64,000 bases of DNA, taken from Chrysomallon squamiferum. Taxonomy: Eukaryota; Animalia; Mollusca. The notes beneath the pieces were generated by a model. That model did not search any database. It saw only the letters and a list, made by a program, of their open reading frames with translations, and was not told where the DNA came from. This document shows positions 51,260 to 64,000 of this stretch, in pieces. The stretch spans positions 39,122,001 to 39,186,000 of the forward strand of contig CM022665.1 of NCBI GenBank assembly GCA_012295275.1, given 5' to 3'. Position numbers and translations under genes: made by a program. The stretch's first letter is position 1, and the number at the start of each line of letters is the position of its first letter.

Positions 51260-52000
51260 AATTTGAAAATTCATTATTAATGAGTTAAAATAAATTATTC
51301 AAATGATTACTTTAGATTGCTGCTAGCAACTAAGTGTTGATGATTTATTAATCTATCAAGTGGAATCTTTCACATTTCTCTCTGAATGAAAATAAAAAAA
51401 GTCTTATTTATAAATAAAATTATTTTATTTCATGAATTTGTAATAATTTTATGGTAATTATATAGAATTTCTGGTTCTTTACTGGAAATCTTCACAAATT
51501 TGTCTAAATTTTAACTATATTTTTTTAATTCCATGTTAATTGTATATTCAATTAATTCATTTTGCCATGAATTTTATTTTGAAAAAAATTAATAATTTCA
51601 ACATTTTTCCAAAACTACATTTTATGTTGTCATACTTATGAAAGTATTTAGAATCTAGAATTCTTCAATATTTCAGTAATTTCAGAAAAATTCTTCTATT
51701 AATTAATAATTATTCTTATTAAAAAACTGTTAATTTGTTTGATTTCATAATTATTTTTATTTTTATTTTTTTTCATTGTAATATGGTGCTACTATTCTGC
51801 TACTATTAGTATTCCATAAGATATTATATATGATAATAGGTCATTAAAATGAAATAATTCAATGTTTTTATTTATAACAAAAGTGGATCTTTGAACCAAA
51901 ATTTAAATTTGTTTTTGATTAATTTATTTATTATTCTTTACATACTGAGTATTTCTTGATTGCAGAGCTCTTGATTTTTACTTTTTTAATTGTGTGTGTT

Positions 52001-52031
<31 letters not shown>

Positions 52032-53599
52032 CCATATGTATGTATATATATATCATGTGTATTGTAATTTGTAATTATATTTTTATACTTTGTTACCAAA
52101 TATTTAATAAAAAAAAAATTCAAAAACTAAAAACTTTTTTGTTGTTTAGTATTTAACAGGGCTGAGTAAATTTTTTTTTGCCCAGTCAGTTTCATTTTCT
52201 CTGTCACTGGAATTATTTGGTTATGACATTATCATTATTTCACTGTACATTTTGATTTAAAAAACCATTTCCATTTTGCCTTTATATATATATTTGTTTT
52301 AAATAACGTGAATAATAATAAATAACAAATACAGCATATTGGGCTATTTGTAAATCTCAGAAAGTAAAATAACACATCTGCAAAGCATTGCTCTTTATTA
52401 TACATTTTATAAACTCTAGAACAATCACTTTTGATTTTGCATTTATTTAATTTCACAATCAACAATATTCGTTTCTGAATCCAATATAGCAATAACGCTG
52501 AATTAAATAAAATATACATACATTTTTCATTGGTCATGTGATAATTAATTAAATATTTCAGTGGCATTACCTTAATATAAAAATACCCAAAGTAAAATAT
52601 TTATTCTTAACCCACATTATGATATTCAAAAGTTCATTTATAAAAATTGTAGGAAAATGGACAGTAGTTTTAAATACGTTAATATTTCATAATTATATTG
52701 TGCATATTAAGCATGTATGTTAGTGAATGAAAATTAATGGTAAAAAATATAAAATGTACCTGGGTCTGAGTAAATGGATACATGTACGTATGTTGTATGA
52801 AAATGGCTGATTTATACACTGAGGAAACAACTTAAAATAATTATCAGTAATTTTTATTGTATCCATTCAGTTATCTAAAACAGTGCTTCTTAAACTTTTT
52901 TTTATCTTAAAATTTCATTCACCTGAGTCTAAATTTGTTTAATTATTATTATTTGTTTTAAATTAATTAATTAATTTATTACTTTTTAAAAATTTAATTT
53001 TTTTTTTTTTTTTTTTTTTATAGATCATTTTTGTCTTAATCTCATTCTAGTTTTATTTAGACTGGGATGAACCGATTACTGTTTAAGAAGCAAAGATTTA
53101 AAATGATACATAGCTATCTTTGTCAGATAATGACCAAATACTTTATGTCTGTAACTCATGATTAATACCACTGTAAAATAAATCTTAATTATAAAAAATA
53201 TAACTAATTGAATACTATTTAGATAATAATAATAAATTAATAATAATAAATGTTAATTAATTAATATAATTTTACAGTCTTTAATAATGTAGTAGTAATA
53301 GTAGTAGTAGTAGTAATAATGAAATACTAAATAAAACAAGTAAAACAAAAATTCACAGTATAACTCAATATGCCTTGATTAAAAAAACCACACAAAAAAA
53401 AAAACATGAGTGTTACAGCTGTAATGTGTGTTCTCAATTTTACTTTTTTATTTTATTTTATTTATTTTTTGCATTAAATGAAAAGGATTTATCAGTGACT
53501 CAATTATATTTTTAAGGAAGGCACAATAAAAAAAAAATATATAATTTTGTCCATACTTGATGTTTGTGACCAAAAATAATAATACTGATTATGTTCATA

Positions 53600-53655
<56 letters not shown>

Positions 53656-55912
53656 GTATAAAATTATAATGGAGTAAAAATGGAATGATAATGTTAAAAT
53701 AACAAGCTGAATGGAATTAATAATGTTTTGTGTTTTGGTTCATAGCAAACAGCACAATGTAAATACAAAGTGTTTTTTTTTTTTTTTTTTGTGAAAAATT
53801 AACATTAATATAAACATTTAAAAATCTTATCCCCTCCACAAGAAGAAATAAGTAAAAATTATAAGGCAGAAAAATCACAAATTTAACAGCATTTCAATTT
53901 GAAAAACTTTACAACATTAAAAAGAAAAAAGAAAAACATTTTTTTTTCAAACAAATGAATACAGAATAAGAATTAAGAGATTTCAGAAATATTTCACTAA
54001 ACATATTAATCGGATACAAAATTTATTTTTAATATGTGTGTTTCAATATGAAATACAAAGGCATAGACATTTCAGGCATTTACTGGGATGTTATTATTAT
54101 TATATTCATACAAACCATGATAAATGAATAACACATTTTGAAAAATTATCTCTATTAAAAGATTTGGTTATTAGGAAAATTCATCATATTGTTAAGTATG
54201 ACATGAAACTTGCTCAGCTAACTTCTGACAGATATCTGTTTGGAGACAATTCTTTAATATTTACATTTGATTTACCATAAATCATTCTGGGCTGGGATTT
54301 AACTAGCCGAGGTGATTCTTGTAGAATCAAAATTTATTTTACACTGTACAACTTTGGTTGATGGTTAATAGTAATTTTAATAATATCATCATTGTATATT
54401 CAGCAGTTGATATCTGTTTCTGATTAGTGGAATTAATCTGTTTAGTTATTTTCAAAAATATTTTGTAGCCATTCAAATAATTCAGCAGTTTCAGTTCGTT
54501 CATTCTAATAATTCTGAATAACTGAAGTGCAATATTTTAAAACTGACAGGATGTGAATTTTGGCACATTATATGGACAGTTCTTACAATATTCTCTGCAC
54601 TAGATCATACATATTATAATATTGTATGTTACATTCATCTAGCAGATGATTATATGGTGAAAATAAACAAATCTAAAGATTAAATCAACATGACCAAAAA
54701 ACCCCAAACAAAAACAAATAGCCACAAATCCTTTCAAAGGTTATAGTGACCAACTCTGGCAAATCTTTTATTTTTTCAGTCAAAAACTGGTCCCATGAAA
54801 TACTGACTTCATTCAGAGAATATAATGATCATTATTGTCAATATATAAGATTTTATTTTTATATATTGATCTGTTGTGACATGTATTTTACGTCAGTATA
54901 ATTTTCTGTTAGATATCACCAGAAACATTTGAGTGCTTCATATCAATGAACAAACTAAGCTTACTGCTTTTGTTACAACTTGATAATAACAATATTTAGG
55001 TTTATTGCCAATAGCACAATTTGTAAATTAAGAATTCTTGTCAGCTATAATGATCTATTATTGTGGTAAAAGAACATAATGAAATAAAGTTGAAGTAGAT
55101 ATTTAAAATAGTTAACTAAAACTTTTACTCAATTTGCAACTGCTATGTACACAAAAAGCAGAAATTTAATATAAATGTTAACAGTTCATATGTGAACTGT
55201 TAACATTTATGTTACACATATGAGAAAAGAAACAAAATATATTATTATATATATATAAATTTCATATTGGCCTTCATATGAATAACAAGTCTTCCTGACA
55301 TAAATGAAAATTACAACTCTATTTTAGATTTAGCATAAATATAATTAATTATTCAAATTATTAATAATCTTCTGCAAAAGACTTCAACAAAAGTAATCAT
55401 CTTGAGGGCTTACAAAAATATTAGTAAAAACTGTTTTAAGAAAATCCTGAAAGATTTTACTGCAGTTTCATACAGCAGGTTAATAGTTTCTTTTTGTGAG
55501 TAATTTAATTTAATCATAAATCTTAGTACAATAAATTATAATTTTTTAAAAAATTCAGAAATTTTTAAAAATAACTGAATGCTGAATTTCATTTTATTTG
55601 CTGTTTACACAAATACTCTCATAAAAAAAACAAAAAAAAAACAACAACAAATAAAACCAACCAAAAAATATCTAAGAAAAAAAAAATATATTCAATCAGT
55701 TTTACTTGCTACATCTTTTCTTTAGATTTTGAGTAACATAATTCTTCATTTTTGTAAATTACTTCATCCAAGTAAAATACATTTTAAAAAATCCAAAATA
55801 TCTATGCCATTTTTTTTTTTTAATATTCGGATTTCATTTCACTTATAAAATATATATAAAAAAAAAAAAAAAAAAAAAAACAAAAAACCCATTTTATTTG
55901 CATTCTTTGATT

Positions 55913-63757
<7,845 letters not shown>

Positions 63758-64000
63758 CTGTAAGAATATATAAAAAGAAGATTTTTAAAAGATGCCTGTA
63801 AATGTTTGTGTCTAGAGTGTATGTTTTGAAAAATAAATGTGTCTGAACTGAAAATAAATGTCTGAAAATTATTTATTGAATGAATAATAAAATAAATTTA
63901 ATAAATAATTAAGAAAAGCATAATTTTATGTCAAGTCTGAAAAGCAGAATGAATGAAAAAATAAGATTAAAAAAAAAAAGTGTGGTTATAAAAATAATAG

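Overview
AT-rich, intron-containing animal genomic DNA (probably an invertebrate; taxon cannot be fixed from sequence), rich in microsatellites. I spliced four multi-exon genes by hand using GT-AG boundaries and phase checks. These are: an orphan ~580-aa acidic repeat protein with a hydrophobic N-terminus (12780-15552, -), complete RABL3 (21138-25917, -), CEP152/Asterless (29707-50583, +, head-to-head with RABL3) and the 3' part of an ALK/LTK receptor tyrosine kinase (55913->63757, -). The first ~11 kb is a mobile/viral-looking island. It holds a frameshifted parvovirus NS1-like superfamily-3 helicase (~8240-8968) behind a GC-box/TATA/initiator promoter, a 124-bp tandem array whose units carry a long G-U-rich hairpin plus an inverted copy, ~668-bp tandem duplications and duplicated orphan ORF tails. 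Two complete MITEs (hAT-type with 8-bp TSD; Tigger-type with TA TSD) and further isolated hairpins are present. Three single-base indels in otherwise intact coding exons suggest consensus errors. No database searches were run; all family calls rest on recognised motifs.
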